A stretch of 64,000 nt of DNA from Eledone cirrhosa (GCA_964016885.1 OZ024748.1:16554001-16618000), one strand, 5' to 3'. Shown: positions 27,966 to 41,572, counted from the stretch's first letter. Notes: generated from the sequence alone by a model not told the origin. Made by a program: numbers and translations.

Positions 27966-29103
27966 TTCACAAGATCCTGTGGTGGAGAGAGGGATGTAAG
28001 TGGGTGTACGTTGAGATGCGTGGCATTTATAAGACGTGTAGAGGAATATATATATATGTATACAAATATATATATATATACACAAATATGTAGATATATA
28101 TATACAAACATATATATATATACATATACACAAATATATATACAAACATACATACATAAATATATATATATATATAAATACATATATATATATACATACA
28201 TAAATAAATATATATATGTATACATACATAAATAAATATATATATGGATACATACATACATATACATACATACACATACATATATATATATACATACACA
28301 CATATATATATATATATATACATACACATATATATATATATATATATATACACATACATATTTATACACATATATATACATATTTATACACACACACACA
28401 CATATATATACATATTTATACACACACACACACATGTATACATGTATACATATATACACACAAATATTTCACTGTAGAATAAATATAAACACACAACAAA
28501 AGAAGTTAAATAAACAAATACTATTGGTATTATCGATTTGATTAAAATTTTAGATTAAAGATAAATTATAGCAATATTTTTGTAATTTTTGATCAGCAAA
28601 ATATAAAAATTATTAAAAAAATATTTAAAATAAGTAAATTAAATAGAAACCTTCAAATAATTTTGGGGAAGAAATCAAAGAAAATGGCTGCATTAAAGTT
28701 TAGTAGATGGCATTAAAATAATTTGAGTCATTTCATTAAAAGAGATTTCTCCATCTTTGTCAGAATAAATCTGGTTTTTGTTTTTGTACAATCTCTTGCT
28801 TTTGTTTTTTGTATTTTTACTTTTATTTAATTATTGTTTTTTGTTTTTTTTTTTAATTTATTTATTTTTCTTTATTTTTATTCTTTTTTTTTGCTTTTTT
28901 GTAGAATGACATTTTTGAAAGATGTGTATACTTAAATTAAACATTTTCATTTGATAGGAAATTATGAGAAAATAATGACTGACTCCTTCTCCAACAATTG
29001 ACCTTCGACATTCTGAAGCTCCATTAAGTAATAATAAATCATACCATCTTTACTTGGTCTCTGTTTAATTCTTTCATCTAAAATTTTGATCTATTTCTTC
29101 TTA

Positions 29104-29169
<66 letters not shown>

Positions 29170-29324
29170 GTCTATGCATATATATATATTTATTCTATCT
29201 GCCTATGTATATATCATCATCATCATCATCCTCACCGTTTTACGTCCGTTCTTCCACGCTAGCATGGGTTATATATATATATATTCTATGTACATATATA
29301 TATATATTCTATCCTATCTGTCTA

Positions 29325-29361
<37 letters not shown>

Positions 29362-30049
29362 TATCTGTCTATATATATATTTATATATATATACACATGT
29401 ATTTTTTTTTTTTTTTTTATTATTTATTTCTTAAATATTTACATTTTTCGAAAAGCTTTTATATATGTATATATTTTATGTATTTTAATTTTTTGAGATA
29501 GGTGTGTGTATGAGGTGTAGTATGTGTGTGCATGAGGTGTAGTATGTGTTTGACTATATGTGTGAGTTACACATATGTGAGGGGTGTGTATGTGAGTGTG
29601 GGTGTATGTAGTGTAGTATGTGTGAGGTGTGGTGTGTATGTGGTGTGGTGTGTGTGTGTATGTGGTGTAGTATGTGTGTGTATGTGGTGTAGTATGTGTT
29701 TGTATGTGTTGTAGTATGTGTATGCAGTGTAGTTTAGTGTGTGTGACAATGATGATAAAGTACTGATTATACTGTCAGATAATAATGCTAACCTGGTGCA
29801 AAGAGTAGATATATAAAATAAAAATAAAAAATAAAATACATTATAGAGAAAATATATATTTTATATCCGTTTGAAGAACATTTACAGGAATGACCCAACA
29901 TTTATTTAATATAAAAATGAAATTTATTTATTTTTCAAAGACTAGAAGAAGAAAAAGAAAGACATGAGCCATATTAAAAGAGAGCAGTCGTTTGCTGAAA
30001 TTGGTTATGACTGAAAATGGTGCTTTCTTTTCTTCACCTTATCTTTGTA

Positions 30050-30800
30050 TGGGGAAAAGAAAGAGGAGAAAGAGAAAGAGGAGAGGGAGAGAGGTAGCGG
30101 GGAAAGAGGAGAGGGAGAGAGGTAGCGGGGAAAGAGGAGAGAGGGATAGGAGAGGGGAAAGAGGAGAGAGGGATAGGAGAGGGGAAAGAGGAGAGAGGGA
30201 TAGGAGAGGGGAAAGAGGAGAGAGGGATAGGAGAGAGGAAAGAGGAGAGAGGGGAAAGAGGAGAGAGGGATAGGAGAGGGGAAAGAGGAGAGGGGAAAGA
30301 AGAGAGGGAAAGAGAAGAGGGAGAGGAAAGGGAAAGAGAAGAGGGAAAGAGAAGAGGGAAAGAGAAGAGGGAGAAGAGAGAGAAAGAGAAGGAGAGTGAA
30401 AGAGAAGAGGGGGATAGAGTAGAGGGAGAGAAAGAAAGAGAAGAGAGGGATAGAGTAGAGGGGGAGAAAGAGAAGAAAGAGAAGAGAGAGAAAGAGAAGT
30501 GAAAGAAAAAGAAGAGGGAAAAAAGAAAAAGAAGAGGGAAAAAAGAAAAATAGGAGAGAAAGGGAAGAGAGAGAAAGAGAAGAAAGGGATAGAGTAGAGT
30601 GAGAAAAGAAAAGAGAAGAGAGAAAGAGGAATGAAAAAAGAAGGAGAAAAAGGAGAATGAGAAAAGAGAAAGAATGAGAGAAAAGAGAAAGAATGAGAGA
30701 AAAGAGAAAGAATGAGAAAAAAGAGAAAGAATGAGAGAAAAGAGAAAGAATGAGAGAAAAGAGAAAGAATGAGAGAAAAGAGAAAGAATGAGAGGGAGAG
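30050..30800. repeat. Polypurine tract including 27-bp units (gagagggataggagaggggaaagagga)
   Basis: Almost pure A/G on the + strand. Confidence 0.9.
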
Positions 30801-30845
30801 CAAGGGTGTAAAAGATAGTAATTTACTAAAATTATTACTAAATCG

Positions 30846-31020
30846 TATCGGTAGAGGGTCGGACGCCATGCTTTGCAGCTAATAGTTATGGCTCTCTATG
30901 GTCTGAGTTCAAATCCCGCCGAGGTTAACTATGCCTTTCATCCTTACGGGGTCGATAAAATAAAGTACCAGTAATGTACTGGGATAATTGCTGGCCTTGT
31001 GCCAAAAGTAGAAACAATTA
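30846..31020 (+). mobile_element. SINE family B, slightly 5'-truncated, with TSD
   Basis: aattattactaaatcg at 30830-45 and 31016-31. Confidence 0.9.
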
Positions 31021-31050
31021 TTACTAAATCGCAATAGTCAGAGACTTTAT

Positions 31051-31233
31051 AATTGTTTCTATGTTAGGCACAAGGCCAGCAATTACCCAGTGTATTACTG
31101 GTACTTTATTTTATCGACCCCGTAAGGATGAAAGGCAAAGTTAACCTCGGCGGGATTTGAACTCAGAATGGCAAGGGCCATAACTATGCGTCAAAGCATG
31201 GCGTCCGACCCTCTACCGATACTGCCAATCCAC
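31051..31233 (-). mobile_element. SINE family B with TSD
   Basis: actttataat at 31044-53 and 31232-41. Confidence 0.9.
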
Positions 31234-31289
31234 TTTATAATGGTAGATAGGATTTGCAGTATTTGTTCTGGTTCACTTTGTTCTGAGTT

Positions 31290-31510
31290 TGACTGCGGTG
31301 GTATGGTCACGTGATGCAGATGAAGGATGACAGCTTTTTAAAAAGGTGCAGTGTTTTATATATTTCAGGATGCCCTGAAAGAGGAAGACCCTAAAAAAAG
31401 ACCCAGGAAGACGTGGGATGAAAGAATAAAGATGGATCTGACCAAACTGAATGATGATGAGACAGGACAAAGTCCTCTGGTGTTACAAAATATGACAACA
31501 GACCCGTGTC
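31290..31510 (+). pseudogene. Degraded RTE LINE C-terminal fragment
   Basis: cggtggtatggtcacgtgatg (RWYGHVM) and agacccaggaagacgtgggatgaa (RPRKTWDE). Confidence 0.65.
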
Positions 31511-32106
31511 AACTACTCAACCCAGCCTCAGCTCATAATGGCACTAACACAGTTGATGGCAGGTCCCTCATAAACTATGATTCCACTGTGAGAAGGGTAT
31601 GGTGTGACCAACTGGCTTGCCCCTCATCCTAACGGTGCCATCTAGTTCTACTCTGTAAATGTGGTTGCAGCTCCCAAACTATGGTTCCACTGTGAAAAGA
31701 TTTCAACATGGCCAACTGGCCAGTCCCTCATCATAGTGGTGCCATCCAGTTTCAGGCTCCAAAACTAGGGTTCCACTGTAAGAAGTGTTTGGTGCAGGCA
31801 ATTTGCCTTTCCCTGCAGGTAAAGGTGCCATCCAGTTCTACACTGTAAATGTGTCTGTGGCATCCAAACTGAGGTTCCACACTGCAAATGTGGTTGGTGT
31901 TAGAAAGGACATCCAGCTGTAAATACCCTAACCAAATTTACAGTCCTCTCGGAGCTAGGTACATCATGGCCGATTCTGGCCAGACTTTTCTCTTGACATG
32001 GATGACACGTCTAACCAATGCAAGCACATGGAAAATGGATTTTAAATGGTGATGATGATGATGATATATATATATATATAAGATTTAGGCCAGTACATAT
32101 ACCAGA

Positions 32107-32194
<88 letters not shown>

Positions 32195-32198
<4 letters not shown>

Positions 32199-33034
32199 AC
32201 GAAGCTTGCATGCTCCGCTGGATGTGTAATAGTAATATACGCGAACGGCAAAGCATAAACGAACTAAGGAAAAAATTAGAAATAAGAGGGATCAGATGTT
32301 GTTTACTCGAGAGAAGGCTACGTTGGTATGGTCACGTGATGCGCATGAAAGACGACAGCTGTATAACAAAGTGCAGGGCAATAAAGATAGATGGTAGCCA
32401 CGGAGTAGGCAGACCCAGAAAAACCTGGGACGAGCTGATAAATTCGGACCTCACACACTTACACCTCCCCAAGACAATGTCACTGGACCGAGACCTTTGG
32501 CGGTACTCAGTAACAGAGAAGACCCACGTTACCTAAATACAAAGTGAAACCTACTACAGTCAGTAGGCATCTCTAACAAAATACACCCCCGTCCCACCAC
32601 CACCACCCCATCCACACCGCCCCTTTCAATGTAAAGTTATGTTGGTGCCACAAAATCCAGGCCGAAACAAATGAGATCGTGTAGGTGTCACGAAAAAAAA
32701 ACACACAGTCCACGCTGTAATGTGACCGTGTAGGCAACTAGGTAAAAACGTCCCAGTCCCACACTGTAAATGTGGTTGGTGTTAGGAAGGGCATCCAGCT
32801 GTAGAAAACCTGCCAGACAGTCCACGCTGTAATGTGGCCGTGTAAGCAACACGGTAAAAACCTCCCAGCCCCACACTGTAAATGTGGTTGGTGTTAGGAA
32901 GGGCATCCAACTGTAGAAAACCCGCCAGACAGTCCTATGCGAGCAAGACAACCACTCTTGCCTCAAGTGGGAAAACTCCCGTCCAAACCCATGCAAGCAT
33001 GGAACACGGACGTTAAACGATGATGATGATGATG

Positions 33035-33036
<2 letters not shown>
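32195..33036 (+). mobile_element. 5'-truncated RTE-clade LINE (ORF2 C-terminus, 3' UTR, (GAT)n tail) with an internal ~110-bp duplication
   Basis: ORF 32210-32536 MLRWMC...[11 protein letters not shown]...GRPRKTW...DRDLWR; UTR segment repeated at ~32705-32815 / 32817-32930. Confidence 0.92.
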
Positions 33037-33079
<43 letters not shown>

Positions 33080-33424
33080 AGTTCATACATACACGTGCAT
33101 ACGCGAATACGGACGCAATACATATATACACACATGCACATAAATACGCACACGTACGTATACCATGCAAATATATACATATACCCATACACATACAAGT
33201 GTAACCTAAATACACATACATATAAGGGTGAAAGGGGTACATCAGGTGTAAGAAATTCACCAAAACTACACCTGATGTACCCCTTCCATACACATGCACA
33301 CGTGTATATCATGACTCATGCACTGTTCATTTTCCCGACGTTTGCACATTACCCTATGTACATTACCCTTTTGGTGAGTTGTAGTGCACCTGAGCACTGT
33401 ACATAATATTTCATTATTATTATT

Positions 33425-33567
33425 ATGAAAGCAGCAATTCTTTGCTTAAACTTTAATCAGTTATTTTAATAAATATTTGCTCTACAGTTTTTATATATAT
33501 TTATATATATATTACCCTTATCGAGCCCTCTTCGGATTATAGTCTTCACATTTATCATTATTACTAT
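33425..33567 (+). mobile_element. Family F 3' end, uninverted
   Basis: Joins the two pieces that are inverted at 24065-24413. Confidence 0.7.
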
Positions 33568-33575
33568 ATATATAA

Positions 33576-33770
33576 GCGGTGGATTGGCAGTATCTGTAGA
33601 GAGTCGGACGCCATGCTTTGCAGCAAAGAGTTACGCCCCTATATGGTCTGAGTTCAAATCCCGCCAAGGTTAACTTTGCCTTTCATCCTTACGGGGTCGA
33701 TAAAATAAAGTACCAGTAATGTACTGGGTATTTGCTGGCCTTGTACCAAAAGTAGAAACAATTATTACTA
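33576..33770 (+). mobile_element. SINE family B, full length
   Basis: gcggtggattggcagtatc...GAGTTCAAATCCC...gtagaaacaattatta; flanked on both sides by attattactatatatata. Confidence 0.9.
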
Positions 33771-33796
33771 TATATATATATATATATATATACATA

Positions 33797-34338
33797 TACG
33801 ATATTAACAAATGGAAACTATATTTATAAAACCATATTTATTTCATTATACATATTTCAAGGACACCAAGTTAAATTAGGGTGTGCTTTCATCAGATAAA
33901 ATATAATATAGAGCAGTTTTATAAATAAATATTGACATACCCTTAAAGAATGCAACCATTTCTGTTGGAAGCTCCCGGATAGTGGAGTTATAAATTTATT
34001 TATACTATTATGCAAATTAGTGTCGGATATGTTTAAATCACAGTAGATTTAAAATAAGCCGTTGGGGTATGGAGAGAGGGAAAGAGAAAAAAGGAGCTTC
34101 CAACAGAAATGGTCCCATTCTTTAAGGGTATGTCAATATTTATTTATAAAACTGATCTATATTATATTTTATCTGATGAAAGCACACCATAATTTAACTT
34201 GGTGTCCTTGAAATATGTATAATGAAATAAATATGGTTTTATAAATATAGTTTCCATTTGTTAATATCGTATTTTTACTCCAATTATTTGTTGAGTGCTT
34301 TATATCAGTTATAAAAATATTTAAATAGAACTTTTACA
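33797..34338. mobile_element. Family E fold-back element with two hammerheads
   Basis: Inverted arms 33797-33975 / 34093-34271; tail 34272-34338. Confidence 0.85.
34165..34229 (+). ncRNA. Type I hammerhead ribozyme motif (mirror copy on the minus strand at 33839-33903)
   Basis: TATTTTAT-CTGATGA-AAGCACACCA..TGGTGTCCTT-GAAA-TATGTA-TA-ATGAAATA. Confidence 0.7.
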
Positions 34339-34513
34339 TATATATATTGGTTCTGTATGAGCATCACATGGTCACCTGAAATGGCATTGCTCTCAACAGT
34401 ATAACTCATCTAGCCCACACCAGCATGGAAACATGGGATTTAGCGGTGATGATGATGAGATATATATAATTATACACACATTCAGACACACACACATATA
34501 TATATATATATAT

Positions 34514-36696
34514 GAATATAGACATAGAATATTCGAAAATATTCTGTATGTTTATAATAAACATTTTGAAGACCTAATCGCTATAGAATAGAATACGTCA
34601 CGTATTACAATTAGATTCTCGATAAAAGCAAGGGAAGTAATCTACGCGTTTCATTCTTGTTAGAATTCATCAGGACTACATATCCAGTGCTTTTATCGAG
34701 AATGACACAGCTAGAGACTTATAGAATACTTAGCTGTGTACAGGAACTGGTTTGAAAGAGCGGTTGCCGGTCCGGCAGAAATTAGAAATTGGAATAAATG
34801 CTCTGAAATAGCGATATATATGTGAATATAGACATAGAATATTCGAAAATATTCTGTATGTTTATAATAAACATTTTGAAGACCTAATCGCTATAGAATA
34901 GAATACGTCACGTATTACAATTAGATTCTCGATAAAAGCAAGGGAAGTAATCTACGCGTTTCATTCTTGTTAGAATTCATCAGGACTACATATCCAGTGC
35001 TTTTATCGAGAATGACACAGCTAGAGACTTATAGAATACTTAGCTGTGTACAGGAACTGGTTTGAAAGAGCGGTTGCCGGTCCGGCAGAAATTAGAAATT
35101 GGAATAAATGCTCTGAAATAGCGATATATATGTGAATATAGACATAGAATATTCGAAAATATTCTGTATGTTTATAATAAACATTTTGAAGACCTAATCG
35201 CTATAGAATAGAATACGTCACGTATTACAATTAGATTCTCGATAAAAGCAAGGGAAGTAATCTACGCGTTTCATTCTTGTTAGAATTCATCAGGACTACA
35301 TATCCAGTGCTTTTATCGAGAATGACACAGCTAGAGACTTATAGAATACTTAGCTGTGTACAGGAACTGGTTTGAAAGAGCGGTTGCCGGTCCGGCAGAA
35401 ATTAGAAATTGGAATAAATGCTCTGAAATAGCGATATATATGTGAGTATAGACATAGAATATTCGAAAATATTCTGTATGTTTATAATAAACATTTTGAA
35501 GACCTAATCGCTATAGAATAGAATACGTCACGTATTACAATTAGATTCTCGATAAAAGCAAGGGAAGTAATCTACGCGTTTCATTCTTGTTAGAATTCAT
35601 CAGGACTACATATCCAGTGCTTTTATCGAGAATGACACAGCTAGAGACTTATAGAATACTTAGCTGTGTACAGGAACTGGTTTGAAAGAGCGGTTGCCGG
35701 TCCGGCAGAAATTAGAAATTGGAATAAATGCTCTGAAATAGCGATATATATGTGAATATAGACATAGAATATTCGAAAATATTCTGTATGTTTATAATAA
35801 ACATTTTGAAGACCTAATCGCTATAGAATATATATAAGTCTCTAGCTGTGTCATTCTCGATAAAAGCACTGGATATGTAGTCCTGATGAATTCTAACAAG
35901 AATGAAACGCGTAGATTACTTCCCTTGCTTTTATCGAGAATCTAATTGTAATACGTGACGTATTCTATTCTATAGCGATTAGGTCTTCAAAATGTTTATT
36001 ATAAACATACAGAATATTTTCGAATATTCTATGTCTATATTCACATATATATCGCTATTTCAGAGCATTTATTCCAATTTCTAATTTCTGCCGGACCGGC
36101 AACCGCTCTTTCAAACCAGTTCCTGTACACAGCTAAGTATTCTATAAGTCTCTAGCTGTGTCATTCTCGATAAAAGCACTGGATATGTAGTCCTGATGAA
36201 TTCTAACAAGAATGAAACGCGTAGATTACTTCCCTTGCTTTTATCGAGAATCTAATTGTAATACGTGACGTATTCTATTCTATAGCGATTAGGTCTTCAA
36301 AATGTTTATTATAAACATACAGAATATTTTCGAATATTCTATGTCTATATTCACATATATATCGCTATTTCAGAGCATTTATTCCAATTTCTAATTTCTG
36401 CCGGACCGGCAACCGCTCTTTCAAACCAGTTCCTGTACACAGCTAAGTATTCTATAAGTCTCTAGCTGTGTCATTCTCGATAAAAGCACTGGATATGTAG
36501 TCCTGATGAATTCTAACAAGAATGAAACGCGTAGATTACTTCCCTTGCTTTTATCGAGAATCTAATTGTAATACGTGACGTATTCTATTCTATAGCGATT
36601 AGGTCTTCAAAATGTTTATTATAAACATACAGAATATTTTCGAATATTCTATGTCTATATTCACATATATATCGCTATTTCAGAGCATTTATTCCA

Positions 36697-36700
<4 letters not shown>
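34514..36700. mobile_element. 310-bp hammerhead tandem array (non-LTR retrozyme-like): ~4.25 units in minus orientation then ~2.8 units in plus orientation
   Basis: Unit starts at 34514, 34824, 35134, 35444 and 35754; inversion at ~35831; units essentially identical (one substitution seen, at 35446). Confidence 0.9.
35853..35941 (+). ncRNA. Type I hammerhead ribozyme (also 36163-36251 and 36473-36561 on +; 34615-34703, 34925-35013, 35235-35323 and 35545-35633 on -)
   Basis: GTAGTC-CTGATGA-ATTCT(aaca)AGAAT-GAAA-CGCG-TA-GATTAC; palindromic stem III ACGCGT; stem I extended by a perfect 16-bp helix ATTCTCGATAAAAGCA/TGCTTTTATCGAGAAT beyond an internal loop; predicted cleavage after GUA (A35913). 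Confidence 0.9.
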
Positions 36701-36737
<37 letters not shown>

Positions 36738-36954
36738 TATATATATATATATACACACAGACACATACATACACACACACATACATATATATATATATAC
36801 ATACACACATATATATATATATATATACATACATACACACATATATATATATATATATATACATACATACACACATATATATGTATATACATACACATAT
36901 ACACACACACATATATATATACATACACAAACACACATATAAACATACACACAC

Positions 36955-37000
<46 letters not shown>

Positions 37001-37002
<2 letters not shown>

Positions 37003-37342
37003 AGGCACATGGCTTAGTTGTTAGAGCATTGGCCTTGCAATCGAAAGGTTGTGAGTTCAATTCTCAGACTGGGTGATGTGTTGTTTCCTTGAGCAAGACA
37101 CTTTATTTCACATTGCTCCAGTTTACTCAGCTGTAGAAATGAGATGATAGGGACTGGGGTCCACATCATTCCACTGCAAAGTGGTCGTGGAGGTGCCACG
37201 GCAAAAAAAGCACCCAGCACTCACTGTAAATGAGGTTGAGGTTAGGAAGGGCATCCAGCTGTAGAAATCAAGCCAGAATCAGTTCCTATCCCACCCTTGC
37301 AAGCAGGGAAAAGTGGACGTGAAATGAATGAAATGAAATGAA
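37001..37342 (+). mobile_element. SINE family A, full length, in (TA)n
   Basis: Near-identical to 5107-5450. Confidence 0.9.
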
Positions 37343-37809
37343 TATATATATATATATACACACATATATATACACACACCACACATTACAGTTTACAAGT
37401 ATCCAATTCCAGGCAAGCAGACAGTTGAAGTAAGTTTTGTTTACACTATTGAATGTAAAGTGATAAAGATGGTGAAAAAGGTGAGATACTTATCCAGAAC
37501 TTATGGACAAGTTGTATTGAATGACTAACTGAAAACATTAGTGTCATGTCATGAAGGTTATTCATGTTGTATGATAAATCTGATGAGTCTATCACTAGAG
37601 CAGTGTAATATCACTATATCACTATATCATTATATCAATGCCATGTCTTTTATATCATACTCATTGATGCCAGTACCATTTATGAATGAAGACAGTTTTT
37701 AGATATCACTACTAGGAGGAAATGATTAGTTGAATAGTGTATATATGTATATATATATATATGTGTGTGTGTATTCTTAAATATATGCCTGTGTGTATGT
37801 ATGAATATA

Positions 37810-37867
<58 letters not shown>

Positions 37868-38373
37868 CATGCATTTGTATGTATAAATATATACATATGA
37901 AAACATAAATACATACATATATATATATGTGTCTATATACAAATATATATATATGTCTATATACAAATATATATATATATGTCTATATATACAAATATAT
38001 ATATATGTCTATACACAAATGCATATATATATACACACACATATACACATTTAATTATATATATATACATATATACACACATAGATAAATATATATATAT
38101 ACATATATACACACATATAGATAAATATATATATATACATATATACACCTATATATATACATATATTTGCATATATATGTATATACATGAGTGTGTATAA
38201 ATACATACATGTGTGTGTGTGTATGTATATGTATATATATATATACACACATACATACATATATATACATAAATATATATATACATATATACACCTATAT
38301 ATATACATATATGTGCATATATATGTATATACATGTGTATAAATACATATATGTGTGTGTGTGTATGTATATG

Positions 38374-38413
<40 letters not shown>

Positions 38414-38709
38414 TACATACATACATACTCACATACTCACATACATAGATACATATTAGCAAAGTAAAATGGTGGTTATGTTTGAAATATTCAAAACTAT
38501 CATGGCTGAGTAGACAAGACAAGTTAGATACTATGATAGTCATTTATACAATAATGAGTTGCTTCTCTTCTCCATTCTTATTTTATGGTAACTCTATGTC
38601 ACTCCATTAAAAGATAATTGATTTATAACATTTAGCAATATTACTGGCAATATATAATGATACAAGCTTTAGGTCATGTATTGGACTGAAAAAAAAAATC
38701 AAAGAATCG

Positions 38710-39061
38710 TATGTTTGTATATGTATATATATGTATATGTATATATATATGTATATATATGTGTATATATATGTGTATATATATGTGTATATGTATATAT
38801 GTATATATATGTATATATATGTATATATATATGTATATATGTATATATATATGTATATATATATATGTATATATATGTATATATATATGTATATATATAT
38901 GTATATATATGTGTATATATATGTGTATATATGTGTATATGTATATATATGTATATATATGTATATATATATGTGTATATATATGTATATATATGTGTAT
39001 ATATATGTGTATATATATATGTATATATATATATGTGTATATATACATGTATATATATATG

Positions 39062-39119
<58 letters not shown>

Positions 39120-39209
39120 TATATCTATATATATATATGTATATATATATGTACATATATGTATATATATATGTATATAGATATGTATATATATATATAT
39201 ATAGATATG

Positions 39210-39254
<45 letters not shown>

Positions 39255-39517
39255 ATGTATATGTATATATATATATACATGTATATATATATATATATAT
39301 ATACATATGTATATATATATATCTGTGTATATATATATGTATATATATATATATATATATATACATATGTATATATATATATATCTGTGTATATATATAT
39401 GTATATATATATATCTATCTATCTATATATATAAATGTATATATATATATATCTGTGTATATATATATGTATATATATATATATATATGTTTTATATATG
39501 TATATATATATATGTAT
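38710..39517. repeat. (TA/TG)n microsatellite
   Basis: Continuous run. Confidence 0.95.
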
Positions 39518-39750
39518 ATACGATATTAAATAAATGGAAACTATATTTATAAAACCATATTTATTTCACTATACATATTTCAGGGATACCAAATTAAAAT
39601 ATGGTATGCCTTCATCAGATAAAATACAATATATAAACAGTTTTATGAATAATTTTTATGTACCCTATTAAATGCAACCATTATTTTTGGAAGCACATTA
39701 TTTACAGGGAATAACGACGGCCTATGCCTTCGTTAATTTATCGTGGTATA
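39518..39750 (-). mobile_element. Family E single arm with hammerhead at 39562-39626
   Basis: Minus strand TATTTTAT-CTGATGA-AGGCATACCA..TGGTATCCCT-GAAA-TATGTA-TA-GTGAAATA. Confidence 0.75.
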
Positions 39751-39834
39751 TATATATATATATATATATATTCTATGTTTATGTGTGCTTGTGTATGTAC
39801 TTTTATCTCTATACATATATATATAAAGAGAGAG

Positions 39835-39865
<31 letters not shown>

Positions 39866-39876
39866 TGTATATATAT

Positions 39877-40098
39877 AGGATCGATCGACTTTCGTCAAAT
39901 CGGACCGAGGAAACAATGTTTTCGTCGGTCTTTCCAATTGCTAATACTATCTATCGGTCGCAACTCCAGGTAGAAGGAGCAACGTGAAAATAAAGTGTCT
40001 TGCTCAAGGACATAACGCATCGCCCGGTCCAGGAATCGAACTCACAATCTCAAGATTGTGAATCCAATTCTCTAACCACTCAGCCACACGCCTTCACC
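39877..40098 (-). mobile_element. tRNA-derived SINE (head related to family A, different 3' part)
   Basis: Minus strand A box TGGCTGAGTGG, B box GAGTTCGATTCC, then ccttgagcaagacactttatttt. Confidence 0.8.
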
Positions 40099-40127
40099 GT
40101 ATGTATATATATATAGAGATATATACA

Positions 40128-40159
<32 letters not shown>

Positions 40160-40263
40160 GTATGATATATAGATATAGATATATACATAGATTTTCGAGA
40201 TTAATCAAAGTTGTTCTGCTAGGCAGCAACACAAATCAAATTAATCACGGTTGTGCCCATATG

Positions 40264-40304
<41 letters not shown>

Positions 40305-40309
<5 letters not shown>

Positions 40310-40472
40310 AACGAGTAGGACCCCGACGGCTGAGTCCAGAATTAGCAGTCGAAACGGCTTGAGCTCAGCCGTCGGGGTCCTACTCGTTCCTATTACCCAT
40401 TCTACTACCCTAAGTATTGAGTACTTTCGTGCGTTATGGTCCACCTGGTTCCTTACCACATTTCCTCCGTTA
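40305..40472. mobile_element. Fold-back element, family D
   Basis: ataggaacgagtaggaccccgacggctgag / ctcagccgtcggggtcctactcgttcctat plus tail. Confidence 0.85.
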
Positions 40473-40819
40473 TATATATATAGATAAACACACACACATA
40501 TATATATATATATTTATATATATATATATATACACACACACATGTGTGTGTATATATATATATATAAACACACACATGTGTGTATATATATATATATATA
40601 AACACATATTCACCCATTGGTTTGATTGTCAGTGGTGAACAAACAAGCAACGATGGTTGCTAGACACTATGGCTTAATACGGGTTGTTTGTTTACAAACA
40701 CACCGAGCATTATAATAAAAAAAATCAATGAAATCAATTTTAACACATTCATGAAGAAATGAACTAAAATTCTTTTTGTTTCAAAATGTCCTTGTAAAAC
40801 CAGGGAACATCTTACACAA

Positions 40820-40966
40820 AAGGGAGGTGTTAGGAAGGGCATCCAGCCGTAGAAAACATGCCAGATAGTCCTATATGAGCGAGACATGGTCACCCGACCA
40901 ACCTTGCCTCAAGTGGGACAACTCCCGTCTAACCCATGCTAGCGTGGAAAATGGACGTTAAACGAA

Positions 40967-41003
<37 letters not shown>
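40820..41003 (+). mobile_element. RTE LINE 3' UTR fragment with (GAT)n tail
   Basis: Homologous to 32890-33035. Confidence 0.8.
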
Positions 41004-41004
<1 letters not shown>

Positions 41005-41081
41005 GAGCTTCATGCAAGCTCTGAATTGTTTTTTCATGAATGTTGGCCAACCGCCGCAACTTCGATTCTACAACTTCCACT

Positions 41082-41152
<71 letters not shown>

Positions 41153-41572
41153 ATGTATGTGTGTGTATATATGTATAAGTACTTACGGTAAAGATGCTGA
41201 CTAAACAGGGTTGTGTATGCCACACCAATCAGTAAATAATGATGCTATTCGATTCAAGCACTCAACGTCATGTCTTTTCTTCCAAAAGTGATTTGTCTGT
41301 CAGTAATGGAGTGTATGTAGAATAAGATAAATGCGAAGTTTGGTGTAGATGTTTAAGAGTCCTTTATTAACAAATCTGTGATAAATATTTAAATGACAAT
41401 CGCAGCTATCTGATTGTTTAAACATATAACTGATCACGCGGGCTCATCAGACAGCAACAAAATGTTATACTAGGGTTACGTTTCTGAAGCAATCCAATCT
41501 AAAGACAAGGGAATGGACAAAAATGATGTTTTCATAGCCGATGATCGCTCTAATGCTGTTGTCTGATGTGAT

